Positions 49,695 through 61,395 of a stretch of DNA of 64,000 nt are shown piece after piece (the stretch's first letter is position 1; each line of letters opens with the position of its first letter). A program made the position numbers and the translations under genes. Source of the stretch: a bacterium. GTDB lineage: Bacteria > UBA8248 > JACPRG01 > G963555815. A model generated the notes under the pieces. It was not told where the DNA came from, did no database searches, and was given only the letters and a program-made list of their open reading frames with translations. The stretch is from contig CAUVWX020000002.1 in NCBI GenBank assembly GCA_963555815.3, positions 288,001 through 352,000 of the forward strand, written 5' to 3'.

Positions 49695-50474
49695 TCACGC
49701 CCGGAATTTTGGTTTTCGTTTCTCCAGGAAAGCCCGGGCCCCCTCCTGCATGTCCTCGGTCCCGCAGATCTCCCCGAAGAGATCAACCTCTACCTGAAGA
49801 CCTTGGGTGAGGCTTGTCTCCAATCCCTGTCGAACCGCTTGCAGGGTGGCTTCCACCGCCCGACGGGGCTGTGCGGCCAGGAGGCGAGCGAGGTCCTCGG
49901 CCGCCTCGAGAAGGCGGTCCTTTGGGACCACCTTTTGAACGAGGCCGATGCGCTCAGCCTCGGCCGCTTCTATCACCCGTCCCGTCAGGAGGAGTTCCAG
50001 CGCCCTTCCCCGGCCCACCAGGCGAGGGAGCCTCTGAGTTCCGCCATAGCCGGCGATGAGTCCAAGACCCACCTCGGGCTGGCCCATTTTTGCCCCCTCG
50101 GCGGCGATCCGAAGTGTGCAGGCCATGGCCAGCTCAAGGCCCCCTCCGAGAGCGTAGCCCTGGATGGCCGCGATCACTGGCTTATTGAGGCCCTCGACAA
50201 GCCCCAGGAGTTGGTGCCCTCGCTCCGCCGTGGCTTTGCCGGAAACAGCGTCCAGGCGCGAGAGCTCGCTGATATCAGCCCCCGCCACAAAGGACCGCTC
50301 CCCAGCCCCGGAAAGGATCGCTACGCGAATAGAGGGTTCATCACGAACCTTCAAGAAAGCCGCCTCAAGCTCCTCCATGGCGGTCCGGTTGAGGGCGTTC
50401 ATTGTCTTCGGGCGGTTGACCGTCACGAAGGCGATTTTGTCCCGAAACTCTAAGGTAATGGGGGGTGTCCCCAT
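49695..50474 (-). CDS. Enoyl-CoA hydratase/isomerase (crotonase)
   Basis: ATG 50474 after AAGGAGG; 'FVAGADI', 'ALGGGLELA', 'GQPEV', 'GGTQRL', 'FLEKRKP'. Confidence 0.93.
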   Translation of the reverse strand: MGTPPITLEFRDKIAFVTVNRPKTMNALNRTAMEELEAAFLKVRDEPSIRVAILSGAGERSFVAGADISELSRLDAVSGKATAERGHQLLGLVEGLNKPVIAAIQGYALGGGLELAMACTLRIAAEGAKMGQPEVGLGLIAGYGGTQRLPRLVGRGRALELLLTGRVIEAAEAERIGLVQKVVPKDRLLEAAEDLARLLAAQPRRAVEATLQAVRQGLETSLTQGLQVEVDLFGEICGTEDMQEGARAFLEKRKPKFRA

Positions 50475-50502
50475 GGCCAAAAACCTCCTTCGAAATGGAT
50501 GG

Positions 50503-50871
50503 CTAAGTGGCTCCCAGTTCTTCCAGTCGCTTGTCGCTGATCCCGAAGTGATGAGCGATCTCGTGAATGACCGTCTCCCGGATCTGCTCCCGGATCTCTC
50601 CAGGTCCTCGGCAGGCCCCCTCAATGGGGCCCTGAAAGAGAGTGATCCGGTCCGGGAGGATCGGGGGTAAATAGACACTGCGCCTTGTCCTGGGGACCCC
50701 CTGGTAGAGCCCGAAGAGGGTGTGCTGGGGAGGGACATTGAGTGCGTCTAAGATCTCGTTCCCCGGCCAGTCCTCAACCACGATCTGGACGTTGTCGAGC
50801 TTCTTGCGGAAATAAGTGGGGACCTCCCCGACCGCCTCAGCCACCAGTTCCAGAAAGGCCTCTCGCCTCAT
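50503..50871 (-). CDS. Zinicin-like metallopeptidase (DUF1025)
   Basis: 'GLYQGVP', 'PDRITLF', 'HEIAHHFG'. Confidence 0.9.
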   Translation of the reverse strand: MRREAFLELVAEAVGEVPTYFRKKLDNVQIVVEDWPGNEILDALNVPPQHTLFGLYQGVPRTRRSVYLPPILPDRITLFQGPIEGACRGPGEIREQIRETVIHEIAHHFGISDKRLEELGAT

Positions 50872-50963
50872 GCGCCTTCTTTAGGTCCCGGTGGTGTTCA
50901 TAGGGGAAGACCTGGGGGTGGCCTCAAACTTAAAGTGATTTCTTGGGATATGCCGGAAAGCCA

Positions 50964-52178
50964 TCATGAGTTTTTGGTTTTCCCGTTACGTCCGTCAAAG
51001 GCTTCGACGATCAAGGCCAGGCCCTGCCCTCCCCCGACAGAGGCCGCCACCAGGCCAAAGCGTCTTGCCCTTCGCTGAAGCTCCATGAGGATTGTGAGCG
51101 TGAGACGGGCCCCGCTCGCCCCCAGGGGGTGGCCCAGCGCCACGGCTCCTCCGTTCACGTTGACGAGCTCCCGGTCGAGCCCCAATTCCTTTTCCACCGC
51201 CAGGTATTGTGCCGCGAAGGCCTCATTGACCTCAACGAGGTCCATGTCCTCCAGCCTCATCCCGGCCCGCTTCAGTGCCTTGAGGGAGGCGGGAGCCGGT
51301 CCAATGCCCATGATCTCGGGCGGCACCCCGACGATGCCCCAGGCCAGAAGGCGCCCCAGGGGCTTGAGGCCCTTTTTTTTGACCGTGTCCCCTGCGGCCA
51401 TGACCAGGGCGGCGGCCCCGTCGTTGATCCCGCTGGCGTTGCCGGCCGTCACAACCCCGTCTTCTTTGAAGGCGGGCTTGAGCTTCGAAAGTGCCTCCAG
51501 CGTGGTGTCCATCTGAAGATGTTCATCTACCTGGAATGGCCCCTCCTCCCCTATTCCCTCCTTGATCATAACCGGCACGATCTCCTCGGCCAGGCGTCCC
51601 GCGGAAATCGCCTCCTTGGCCCGCACCCGGCTCTGGTAGGCGAAGAGGTCAGCCTCCTCCCGGCTGATCTCGTACTGTTCGGCCAGGTTCTCCGTCGTCA
51701 GGCCCATGGAGCAGTTGCAGCGGAGATCGATCATGAGGGCCGACAGGGTGTCCTCAAGACTCGCTTGCCCCTGCCGAAGACCCCAGCGGGCCCCGTAGAT
51801 GGCATGGGGGGAGTTGCTCATGTTCTCTGTCCCCCCGACAAGGACGAACTTGGACTCCCCTAAGAGGATCTGATAGGCCCCTTCGATAATAGCCTGAATG
51901 CCCGAGGCGCAAAGTCGGTTCACTGTGAGGGCCGGGGCGCTCAGGGGGACCCCCACATTGAGGCCGACGTGGCGGGCGAGATAAGGAGCATCCTGGCTGG
52001 TTTGGATGACATTACCGATGACCACATGGTCAATGTCCTCGGGCGAGATCCCGGATCGCGCGAGGGCGCCCTTGGCGGCGATGGTGGCAAGTTCCGTCGC
52101 CGTGTGGTCCTTTAGCGCACCCCCATGGGCTCCAAAAGCGGTCCTGGCGCCACCGAGGAAAACAATTTCATTTTTCAT
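50964..52178 (-). CDS. Acetyl-CoA acyltransferase (thiolase) with Ser in place of the C-terminal catalytic Cys
   Basis: 'NRLCASG', 'TAGNASGINDGA', 'NEAFA', 'GHPLGASG'; C-terminal motif reads 'AASVGGGQG'. Confidence 0.92.
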   Translation of the reverse strand: MKNEIVFLGGARTAFGAHGGALKDHTATELATIAAKGALARSGISPEDIDHVVIGNVIQTSQDAPYLARHVGLNVGVPLSAPALTVNRLCASGIQAIIEGAYQILLGESKFVLVGGTENMSNSPHAIYGARWGLRQGQASLEDTLSALMIDLRCNCSMGLTTENLAEQYEISREEADLFAYQSRVRAKEAISAGRLAEEIVPVMIKEGIGEEGPFQVDEHLQMDTTLEALSKLKPAFKEDGVVTAGNASGINDGAAALVMAAGDTVKKKGLKPLGRLLAWGIVGVPPEIMGIGPAPASLKALKRAGMRLEDMDLVEVNEAFAAQYLAVEKELGLDRELVNVNGGAVALGHPLGASGARLTLTILMELQRRARRFGLVAASVGGGQGLALIVEAFDGRNGKTKNS

Positions 52179-52242
52179 GGGTGCCCTGTCTCTTGAAAGG
52201 CCCTCAGGCTCCGGACCGCCGCAGGCTCACACGGGGAGGGGC

Positions 52243-53219
<977 letters not shown>

Positions 53220-53368
53220 TAACTCTTCCTCAGCAGAAAACAATCCTCAGAGTATCGCATACGAGCCCCCCCAGGGCCAATTCCTTGATCCGAGGAAGTT
53301 GCGTCCTTTTGAGACTGGAGAAAAATAAGAAGTTACGAAGATTCAGGCGGGATGAGTATCAACTCTGC

Positions 53369-53394
53369 AAAACCCTGAGGCATCCAGCCTCAGG
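53369..53394 (-). terminator. Intrinsic terminator after the DUF151 gene
   Basis: Perfect 8-bp stem CCTGAGGC/GCCTCAGG with a 5-nt loop, followed by GTTTT on the minus strand. Confidence 0.6.
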
Positions 53395-53411
53395 TCCTCT
53401 GGCCAGAGCTT

Positions 53412-53915
53412 TTAGGGCTCATATTTATTGAAATCGTCCGGCTTCAAGTTCTCCAGCCAATTCTTCCAATCTTCACCCATCTCCTCATTGGACTCCTTGC
53501 CGGCCACCTGTTCGGTGAAATCGATGCTGCGCGCCTCCTCGATCACCTTCGTCTCCACAAAGATGGGGGCGTTCACCCGCAGGGCGAGGGCGATGGCGTC
53601 TGATGGGCGGGAGTCGACCAGGACTTCCGAGCCGTTGAAGTTCAATGAGATGACGGCGTAGAAGGTATTGTCCTTTAGGTCATTTACGACCACTCGGTTT
53701 ACGTGGGCTGTGATTCCCTCCAGGATGTTCTTGATGAGATCATGGGTCATCGGACGGGGTGTCGTTACCTGCTCCATCTCGAGGGCGATGGCGTTCGCTT
53801 CAAAGATCCCCACCCAGATGGGAAGGGCCTTCTTCCCCTCGAGATCCTTGAGAATCACGATGGGCATGTTGGTTAAGGGGTCGAGTGTCAGCCCCTTGAC
53901 TTTCATCTCTATCAT
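53412..53915 (-). CDS. Bifunctional nuclease family protein (DUF151)
   Basis: 'LPIWVG.FEA.AI', 'PRPMTHDL', '[11 protein letters not shown]'. Confidence 0.93.
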   Translation of the reverse strand: MIEMKVKGLTLDPLTNMPIVILKDLEGKKALPIWVGIFEANAIALEMEQVTTPRPMTHDLIKNILEGITAHVNRVVVNDLKDNTFYAVISLNFNGSEVLVDSRPSDAIALALRVNAPIFVETKVIEEARSIDFTEQVAGKESNEEMGEDWKNWLENLKPDDFNKYEP

Positions 53916-53946
53916 GAGTCCCTCCTCCCTTTCCTCCTCCTTGGGG

Positions 53947-55260
53947 CTAGGCCGCCCGGCCTTCTAGGCTATGAACTCCGCCTCGAGTGATGGTAACCGG
54001 GATCAGGTGCCCGATCAGCCGTTCCGGCCCTGGGAAATTGACCACCTTATTGGTCCGAGTCCGCCCGGTGAGCTTCTCTGGCCCCTTGGCGCTCGGGCCT
54101 TCGACTAGAACCTCTTGCTCGTGCCCAACGATCTCCTGGTTTTTTTGTAGGGAGATCTTAAGCTGAAGCCCCACCAGATGGTCAAATCTTTCCTTCTTGA
54201 CCTCCTCCGGGATCCGGTCCGGCATCCCGGCCGCCGGGGTGGCGGGTCGCAGCGAGTACTTAAAAATAAAGAAGCTGTCGTATCTGACCTCTTCCAAGAC
54301 CTCGCGGGTGGCCTCGTGGTCTTCCGGGGTTTCCCCGGGGAAGCCGACGATAAGGTCTGTCGTGATGGACACATTGGGAATGGCCCGCCGGAGGGCGGAA
54401 ATCTTGCTCACATATTCTGAAGCCGTGTAGCACCTGGCCATCCGCTCCAGCACTCGGTCCGAGCCGGACTGGAGGGGAAGATGCAGGTGTTCGCACACCT
54501 TCTCCTCTTCTGCCATGACCTCGATCAGGGCCGGAGAGAAATCCTTGGGATGAGAGGTGGTGAACCGAACCCGCTCGATCCCGTCCACCCGAGCCACACG
54601 TCGCAGAAGCTCTGGAAAGGTGGAATCTCCTGAGAAATCCCGACCGTAGGAGTTTACATTCTGCCCCAGGAGAGTCACTTCCTTGAAGCCCTGCTCGACG
54701 AGATCGCGGACCTCCTCCAAGATGGCGGCCCCGGGTTTGCTCACCTCCCGCCCCCGCGTCGCAGGGACGACGCAGAAACTGCAGTCATTGTTGCACCCGG
54801 TGGAGACGCTGACAAAGGCCTTCAGGTGGCCCTGACGCAGGATGGGCGTATCGATATCCCAGTCAAAGGGAACCGCCTCGACATCGGAGATTGCCTGGCC
54901 TTCCACCTCCAGCCGCCCCAAAAGTTCAGGTAGTTTCGAGATGTTCTTGGTGCCAAAGACCAGATCCACCGCCGGGGCCTTGCGAATGATCTCCTCTCCA
55001 ACCCGTGTGGCCACACAGCCGCAAACCCCGATCCGGAGGCCGGGGTTTTTCGCTTTAAGGGCACGAAGCCTCCCGATCTGGCTGTAGACCTTCTGTTCTG
55101 ATTTCTCGCGGATGCTGCAAGTGTTGAGGAGGATGAGATCTGCTTGGGAGGCGTCGTCGGTGGGCTCGAAGTCTTGACTCTCCAGGATCCCGGAGATCCG
55201 CTCCGAGTCATACTTATTCATCTGGCAGCCGTAGGTGATGATTGTGTATTTTTTGCCCAT
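53947..55260 (-). CDS. miaB: tRNA-2-methylthio-N6-dimethylallyladenosine synthase
   Basis: 'TYGCQMN', 'NTCSIRE', radical-SAM 'CNNDCSFC', 'LLGQNVNSY', 'RFTTSHP', TRAM domain. Confidence 0.96.
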   Translation of the reverse strand: MGKKYTIITYGCQMNKYDSERISGILESQDFEPTDDASQADLILLNTCSIREKSEQKVYSQIGRLRALKAKNPGLRIGVCGCVATRVGEEIIRKAPAVDLVFGTKNISKLPELLGRLEVEGQAISDVEAVPFDWDIDTPILRQGHLKAFVSVSTGCNNDCSFCVVPATRGREVSKPGAAILEEVRDLVEQGFKEVTLLGQNVNSYGRDFSGDSTFPELLRRVARVDGIERVRFTTSHPKDFSPALIEVMAEEEKVCEHLHLPLQSGSDRVLERMARCYTASEYVSKISALRRAIPNVSITTDLIVGFPGETPEDHEATREVLEEVRYDSFFIFKYSLRPATPAAGMPDRIPEEVKKERFDHLVGLQLKISLQKNQEIVGHEQEVLVEGPSAKGPEKLTGRTRTNKVVNFPGPERLIGHLIPVTITRGGVHSLEGRAA

Positions 55261-55579
55261 AGGGTGAAGCCTGTAAACGGGGCTGAATCCAATGACCAAT
55301 CGGTAGCTGTAATATAAGTAGCCCCCAAAACCTTGTCAAGCCACCAAGAACGCGGATAGCTTTTTGGTGATCTCCCAATATCTTTGGGAAACCAGCCCAA
55401 TCGCCCTCCCCTGTCAAAGCCTTGAAGTGGAATCCCTTGTCCGACAAAGAGGGTATATGATATTGTGCCTGGGTGGGAAACGTTGAGGCAAAGCCTGCAA
55501 GGCGAACCCCTGCTTTTATGGATGGACTTTGTCTCTTTTGGTCTGAGAAAACCTCGTCTCCTTCCAGGGGGCCGGGACG

Positions 55580-55816
55580 GTGCTGACCTACGGGGCCATT
55601 ACGCTCCGCCTCCTTGTTGCGGCGCTCCTCGGGGCTCTCGAGGAAACCCTGCAGGACTCGGGGGTGTCGGTGACCAGCATCCAGTTCCAACGGGACCGCT
55701 CTCCGGATCAGATTGAGATCCAGGCGGTCGTGAAAGTGCCGGACGACTTTCGCCCGATCGCCTTAACGGCCTCATTACGGAACCTTGAAGCCGTCAGTGA
55801 AGTGGAGGTTCGCTAG
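55580..55816 (+). pseudogene. Internally deleted MgtC/SapB-family gene (first TM helix fused to the C-terminal ACT-like domain)
   Basis: 'ITLRLLVAALLG' resembles the start of MgtC helix 1; it is followed at once by an ACT-like segment ending 'LRNLEAVSEVEVR'; the conserved core is absent. Confidence 0.55.
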
Positions 55817-55818
55817 AG

Positions 55819-56592
55819 ATGAGAAGGGCACTTTACGTCGTCATCCCCTTTTTGCTCATGGTCCTGCTGCCCGGTGTTGGGGTCTCCGAGTCAATCGTCG
55901 AGACCTGGCCGCAGCCTTCAGGCCCCAAGGAAGCCCCCGCCGGCTGGGAGCTCAAGGAGTCGACCGGTTCCGTCTCTGAAGGAGACATCACCGTGGAGGA
56001 TGAAGGAGGAAAAGCCATTCTCCACCTCAAGAGCCGCGACAACTCCTATTTCGTGGGCCGGGAGGATCTCAAGATCGATTTGCAAAAAACTCCCCTGCTC
56101 ACCTGGCGGTGGAAAGTCAGCACCCTTCCCATGGGTGCTGACGCCCGGGATACAGACACCCTTGACTCCGGCATCGCCCTCCACGTCACCTTCGATCCCG
56201 AAGAAGCGGGCGAGAGACGCGCCATCGGATACCTCTGGGACGGTAACACCCCAAGGTGCGGCTATTTGCTCAACCCGAGGGAAAAATCCTTCTTCAAGCG
56301 AAGGGCCTTTCGGTTAGCCGGAGTTCCGGTCACTTGGTTCGTCATCCTGCAAAATGAAGAGACCCCAACGGACATGTGGCTCACCGAGACCCGGGATGTC
56401 GCTCAGGACTACCGCCAGATCTTCAACGCTCCGCCCCCTTCAGTGGTCGCCGTCGCCGTTCAGATCGACTCGGGCGACACCGGCACGAGCGCCGAAAGCT
56501 TCGCCGGCCCCATTGCCTTCCAGTCGTCAGGCGCCGGGTCAGAGGAGAACCACCAAGAGGCCCCCTGCACCATTCACGCCCTTGAGCAATAA
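55819..56592 (+). CDS. DUF3047-like exported protein
   Basis: Signal peptide; 'TPLLTWRWKV..LP', 'GYLWD', 'W.TETRDV.QDYRQIF', 'DSGDTG'. Confidence 0.8.
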   Translation: MRRALYVVIPFLLMVLLPGVGVSESIVETWPQPSGPKEAPAGWELKESTGSVSEGDITVEDEGGKAILHLKSRDNSYFVGREDLKIDLQKTPLLTWRWKVSTLPMGADARDTDTLDSGIALHVTFDPEEAGERRAIGYLWDGNTPRCGYLLNPREKSFFKRRAFRLAGVPVTWFVILQNEETPTDMWLTETRDVAQDYRQIFNAPPPSVVAVAVQIDSGDTGTSAESFAGPIAFQSSGAGSEENHQEAPCTIHALEQ

Positions 56593-57562
56593 GCACTATG
56601 TCGGAATCGACCTTGGAGGGACAAACCTCAAGGCCTCTCTCATCGATGAGACGGGAGAGGTGGTGGACTCTCTCCACCGTCCTTCCCGGCTTCCGGGGGA
56701 TCGTGACGCTCTCCGTGAAAACCTCCTCGGCGCTGTCCGCCATCTAATCTCCCCCCAAAACCCCCCCCCTCCCCTTCAGGAAGGGGGAATTACCCTTGCA
56801 GGCGTGGGCGTAGGTGTGCCGGGCATCCTCGACCTGGCCTCGGGGACTCTGCTGGCCGCCCCGCATCTCCCGGAAGGTGTGAACCTCCCCATTCGGCAGA
56901 TGTTGGAGGAGGCCTTCGAAGTAAAAGTCTCTATCGACAACGACGCCAATACCATGGCCCTGGGCGAGTTTTGGAAGGGGGCCGGCCGGGACACCCAGAC
57001 CTTGGTGGTGTTGACCCTGGGGACGGGGGTCGGAAGCGGCATCATCCTGGAGGGGCGAATGTGGCGGGGGGCCCAGGGGAAAGGGGCCGAGATTGGGCAC
57101 ATGACCATCGCGGAGGAAGGCCCGAGGTGCGCCTGCGGCAGCCGGGGGTGCCTTGACGCCCTCGTCTCGTCAGGGGCCCTGCTCCAAAGGGCTCAACTCG
57201 AGATGAAAAAAGACCCCTCCTCATCGCTTCACTCCGCGAGCCCGCTCACGTCCGAAGCCGTCGCCCAGGCCGCGCGCGAAGGGGACAACGTGGCCATCGC
57301 CGTCCTGGCAAAGATCGGCTATTACCTCGGGATCGGGCTTGCCAACGTGGCCAACATATTCAACCCTGAGATGATTATCCTGGCGGGCGGTGTGGCCCGG
57401 GCCGGTGAGGCCCTTGTCCGTCCCGCCGAGGAAGAGATGCGAAAAAGGGCCTTTTCGGCCGTAACAGAGGACCTTGAGCTCAGAGAGAGCGAGCTGGGCG
57501 ACCTGGCCGGTGCCTTGGGCGCTGTTTACCCTATTATCAAAGGGATAGAGCTTAATTGCTGA
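56582..57562 (+). CDS. ROK-family sugar kinase (glucokinase-like)
   Basis: 'GIDLGGT', 'DNDAN', 'LGTGVGSG', 'EIGH', 'CACGSRGCL'; TTG start overlaps the upstream gene. Confidence 0.93.
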   Translation: MSNKHYVGIDLGGTNLKASLIDETGEVVDSLHRPSRLPGDRDALRENLLGAVRHLISPQNPPPPLQEGGITLAGVGVGVPGILDLASGTLLAAPHLPEGVNLPIRQMLEEAFEVKVSIDNDANTMALGEFWKGAGRDTQTLVVLTLGTGVGSGIILEGRMWRGAQGKGAEIGHMTIAEEGPRCACGSRGCLDALVSSGALLQRAQLEMKKDPSSSLHSASPLTSEAVAQAAREGDNVAIAVLAKIGYYLGIGLANVANIFNPEMIILAGGVARAGEALVRPAEEEMRKRAFSAVTEDLELRESELGDLAGALGAVYPIIKGIELNC

Positions 57563-57659
57563 AGTCAATTATTCGATATAAAGTGGCCATCACGATGGCG
57601 CAAGCCATCCGGCGAAAGGCGCGCTCGTCGCTAAAAGAAAAAGATGTCGGGAAGGGGTT

Positions 57660-58511
57660 TTAGGCGGGCGGGTTACCCTTTGGGTCCTTTGGGTTTTCCA
57701 CGAGCGGAATATAGGTCTCAGGGCGTCGGTCTTTTAGATAGCCCCACTCCTGGCGAATAGCCTCGATGGCGTCCAAGTCCACCTCAGCCAGCACCACGCC
57801 GTCGTGAAGGCCGGTCGGCGCACCGAGAAGCTCCCCATTGGGATCGCTACAAAAACTTTGGCCGTAGAAGTCTTGGTGATTCTCGCTCCCCACCCGGTTC
57901 ACCCGAAGCACATAGAGGCCGTTCGTGATGGCGTGGGCCTTGAGGACCGTCTCCCAGCGGGCCTGGGAGGCGAAAGCGGCTGCTGTGGGAGTGCAGATGA
58001 TCTGGGCTCCTGCCAGGGCGAGTGCGCGCATCCCCTCGGGGAAAAAGACATCCCAGGAAATCTGAATCCCGATGCGCCCGAACTCCGTCTCAAAGACGGG
58101 AAAGCCAAGGTCTCCGGACTCAAAATAGGAACGCTCCTCCCACAAGGAGAAATGCGGGACATGGACCTTTCGATACCGGCCGAGGATCTGTCCCCCCGAG
58201 TCCAGGACAACGGCCGAGTTGAACCCCCCTCCCCCATCGACCCGTTCATAAAGGGGGGCAACGACGACGGCCCCCCAGCGACGGGCCGCCTTGCTCAGGG
58301 TGTCTGTGGTGGGACCGGGAATGGGCTCGGCCAGCTCTTTCGCTTCGGAGTCTGTCTGGCAGGGAAACCAGTGGGTCTGGAAGAGTTCTTGAAAGCAGAT
58401 AATCCGCGCCCCCCCCTCGGCGGCCAGATCGCCCAGCTCTAAGGCCTTCGAGAGGTTGCGTGCCTTCTCGGATGTGCAGTGAAATTGAACGCCCGCGATC
58501 CGAAAGGTCAC
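57660..58511 (-). CDS. Carbon-nitrogen hydrolase (N-carbamoylputrescine amidase/ureidopropionase-like) with Ser at the nucleophile position
   Basis: 'CFQEL', 'YRKVHVP', 'WEERSYF', 'GIQISWD', 'VNRVG', 'DRRPETY'. Confidence 0.88.
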   Translation of the reverse strand: MTFRIAGVQFHCTSEKARNLSKALELGDLAAEGGARIICFQELFQTHWFPCQTDSEAKELAEPIPGPTTDTLSKAARRWGAVVVAPLYERVDGGGGFNSAVVLDSGGQILGRYRKVHVPHFSLWEERSYFESGDLGFPVFETEFGRIGIQISWDVFFPEGMRALALAGAQIICTPTAAAFASQARWETVLKAHAITNGLYVLRVNRVGSENHQDFYGQSFCSDPNGELLGAPTGLHDGVVLAEVDLDAIEAIRQEWGYLKDRRPETYIPLVENPKDPKGNPPA

Positions 58512-58584
58512 GGGCTATGGACTCCCCCTCAATGCCTGGTCTTCCTCGCGTGCGAACAAATCCACCGCGCCTCCCCTGATCATC

Positions 58585-61395
58585 CTAGACACTTCGTCCG
58601 CAGCAGTGCTTGTGTTTTTTCCCGCTCCCGCAGGGGCAGGGCTCATTTCGCCCGATCTTTGGTCCCTGACGCCTTAACGTCTGAACCTTGGGGGTTTCCT
58701 TGGCTTCCTTCGCCGCCTTGGGCTCGGTCGCCACGGCCACCTCACTGCCCCGATGCTCAAACATCCGCTGCTGGGTTCTGGGCCGTGCCGCTGGCATGCG
58801 CTCGTCACGGGAGGCGGGGCGGAACTTGAGCAGGTACGCAGGGGCCTCCTCCCGGATCCGATTCACCATGACCATGAACATCTCATAGCCCTCTCGCTTG
58901 TACTCGTTGAGGGGGTTCTTCTGGGCATAGCCCCGAAAGCCGATCCCCTCCTTTAGGTGGTCCATGGCCAGGAGATGGTCTTTCCACTGCGTGTCGACGA
59001 CCTGAAGCATGATGAGGCGCTCGATGAACCGGAGGCCCTCGGCGCCCATCTCAGCCTCCTTCGCATCGTAGGCGGCCTGGAGGCTGGAGAGCATATACTC
59101 ACCCAGCTCCTCTTGGGAGATCTCCTCCAGGTTGATCCAGCGCTCGTTCGCGTTGAGGGCCATCATCGAACCCTTTAGCTCAATTTGGAGGCCGAAATGG
59201 CGATTCAGGGCTTCGGCAAAATCCTGAAGGTTCCACTCGTCCGGATGAACCTCTGGGTCGAGATGCGTGGCAATCAGTTTCTCCAGGACATCGCCGATCA
59301 TTTCAAAGAGAAGCTCGCGGGGGTTCTCCGCATCAATGATCTGGCATCTCTGGTCGTAGATCACCTCTCGCTGCTTGTTCATCACATCGTCATATTCCAA
59401 GAGATGCTTTCGGATTTCAAAATGGTGGGTTTCGACCTTCTTCTGGGCACTTTCAATGGCCTTCGTCACCAGCCCATGCTCGATGGGTTCTCCCTCCTGC
59501 ATCCCGAGTTTTCCCATCAGGCCGCTAATGCGGTCGGAACCGAAGATTCGAAGAAGGTCGTCTTCAAGGGAAAGATAGAACCGGGAGGAACCGGGGTCCC
59601 CTTGGCGCCCCGCCCGACCCCGCAGCTGGTTGTCAATGCGGCGGCTCTCGTGGCGCTCGGTCCCGAAGATATGAAGACCCTGGAGTTTCACCACTTCGTC
59701 ATGCTCTTTCTGACACTGGGCCCGGTATTTCTCTAAGGCCTTTTGATACTCGGGAGCTTCGATATCCCCGCCCGCCGACTGTTTGGCGAGGTATTCCGGG
59801 TTTCCCCCAAGGAGGATGTCTGTCCCGCGCCCGGCCATGTTGGTGGAGATGGTGATGGCGCCCAGGCGGCCCGCCTGGGCCACGATCTCCGCTTCCTTGG
59901 AATGGTGTTTTGCATTGAGCACATGGTGGGGGATCCCCCGGCGTTCCAGGAGCCGCGAGAGCCTTTCAGACCTCTCAATAGAAATGGTGCCGACCAGGAC
60001 TGGCCGGCGCTTCTCATAGAGCTCGGCGAGCTCCTCCACGGCGGCGTTGAACTTCTCTCGTTCCGTGCGATAAATCACGTCTGGAGAGTTGTATCGGATA
60101 AGGGGTTGGTTGGTGGGGATGACGATCACGTCGAGATTGTAAATCTGAGCAAACTCGGCAGCCTCTGTGTCCGCTGTCCCCGTCATCCCCGCCAGCTTGT
60201 TGTACATTCGAAAGTAGTTCTGAAAGGTGATGGTGGCGAGGGTCTGGTTCTCGTTCTCAATCTTGACGCGCTCTTTGGCCTCAAGGGCCTGGTGGAGCCC
60301 GTCGCTGTAGCGCCGTCCCGGCATGAGACGGCCGGTAAACTCGTCCACGATGATGACCTGGCCGTCTTTGACGACATAGTCCGCGTCCCCTTCGAAGAGG
60401 ACATGGGCCTTGAGGGCCTGGTTGACGTGGTGTTGCACATCCATGTTGTCCAGGTCAAAGAGGCCTCCGGAGTTCAAGAGTCCGGACTTGCGAAGGGCCT
60501 GTTCCGCCTCGGGCATCCCGCGTTCGTTCAGACTGACCGTGCGGCTCTTTTCATCCACCGTGAGGTATTCGTACTTGATCTTGCTGATGGCGTCCCGCTC
60601 CGAGGGGGTCTCTTCCTCCTCCTCCTTCGCTTCCACGGGTCCGGTCCGCTGCTTGAGGAGGTGAGGGATGATCCGGTCAATCAGGTAGTACTTGTCAGTG
60701 GACTCCTCGGCGGGGCCGGAGATGATGAGGGGGGTCCTGGACTCGTCGACGAGGATGCTGTCCACCTCGTCCACGATGGCGTAATGGAGCGCCCGCTGGA
60801 CCATCTCCTGGCGGCTGAACTTCATGTTGTCCCTGAGGTAATCGAAGCCAAACTCGTTATTCGTTCCGTAGGTGACGTCGGCCTGATAGGCGGCCTGGCG
60901 GCTCGCATCATCCATGTCATGCTGGACGGCCCCCACCGAGAACCCCAGTGCATGGTAGATGGGTTCCATCCACTCGGCGTCCCGCCGGGCCAGATAGTCG
61001 TTCACGGTGATGATGTGGACCCCTTTTCCCGTGAGCCCATTCAGGTAGACGGGAAGCGTCGCCACCAGGGTCTTCCCCTCCCCGGTCTTCATCTCAGCGA
61101 TCTTCCCCTCATGGAGGGTCGCCCCGCCGATGAGCTGGACGTCGAAGTGCCGCAGTTGAGTGGTGCGACAGGATGCCTCCCGCACCGCCGCAAAGGCCTC
61201 ACAGAGAAGGTCCTCCATGCTCTCTCCATCAGCGAGACGGGCCTTGAACTCATCCGTCTTGGCCCTCAGCTCTGCGTCTGAGAGGGCCTGGAAACCAGGC
61301 TCCAGGGAGTTGATCCTCTCCACGTGGGCCCCGATTCGCTTCACCTCGCGCTGATTCTTGGAGGGGATGAACTTTCTCACGAACTTCACAAACAT
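58585..61395 (-). CDS. secA: Preprotein translocase ATPase SecA
   Basis: 'EMKTGEGKT', 'DEVDSIL', '[10 protein letters not shown]', '[10 protein letters not shown]', SEC-C '[13 protein letters not shown]'. Confidence 0.98.
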   Translation of the reverse strand: MFVKFVRKFIPSKNQREVKRIGAHVERINSLEPGFQALSDAELRAKTDEFKARLADGESMEDLLCEAFAAVREASCRTTQLRHFDVQLIGGATLHEGKIAEMKTGEGKTLVATLPVYLNGLTGKGVHIITVNDYLARRDAEWMEPIYHALGFSVGAVQHDMDDASRQAAYQADVTYGTNNEFGFDYLRDNMKFSRQEMVQRALHYAIVDEVDSILVDESRTPLIISGPAEESTDKYYLIDRIIPHLLKQRTGPVEAKEEEEETPSERDAISKIKYEYLTVDEKSRTVSLNERGMPEAEQALRKSGLLNSGGLFDLDNMDVQHHVNQALKAHVLFEGDADYVVKDGQVIIVDEFTGRLMPGRRYSDGLHQALEAKERVKIENENQTLATITFQNYFRMYNKLAGMTGTADTEAAEFAQIYNLDVIVIPTNQPLIRYNSPDVIYRTEREKFNAAVEELAELYEKRRPVLVGTISIERSERLSRLLERRGIPHHVLNAKHHSKEAEIVAQAGRLGAITISTNMAGRGTDILLGGNPEYLAKQSAGGDIEAPEYQKALEKYRAQCQKEHDEVVKLQGLHIFGTERHESRRIDNQLRGRAGRQGDPGSSRFYLSLEDDLLRIFGSDRISGLMGKLGMQEGEPIEHGLVTKAIESAQKKVETHHFEIRKHLLEYDDVMNKQREVIYDQRCQIIDAENPRELLFEMIGDVLEKLIATHLDPEVHPDEWNLQDFAEALNRHFGLQIELKGSMMALNANERWINLEEISQEELGEYMLSSLQAAYDAKEAEMGAEGLRFIERLIMLQVVDTQWKDHLLAMDHLKEGIGFRGYAQKNPLNEYKREGYEMFMVMVNRIREEAPAYLLKFRPASRDERMPAARPRTQQRMFEHRGSEVAVATEPKAAKEAKETPKVQTLRRQGPKIGRNEPCPCGSGKKHKHCCGRSV

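Noticed and set aside
49695..50738. N-terminally extended ORF calls for enoyl-CoA hydratase, ROK, amidohydrolase, lolA and xerD
   Set aside because: The extensions overlap neighbouring genes; downstream starts with an RBS or stop overlap match family lengths.
55460..55560. Possible c-di-GMP or other riboswitch (GCAAAGCC plus a small hairpin) upstream of the mgtC remnant
   Set aside because: The paired-stem architecture of known aptamers is missing; only a short motif matches.
56750..56774. C-rich homopolymers in the ROK gene as a phase-variable tract
   Set aside because: The frame is intact across the tract and it encodes a Pro-rich loop.
59743..61281. Long antisense ORFs (59743-61281 +, 11788-13050 -, 26412-27605 -, 1483-2523 -, 62920-63921 +)
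   Set aside because: They are shadow frames of well-supported genes in GC-rich DNA and have no recognisable motifs.
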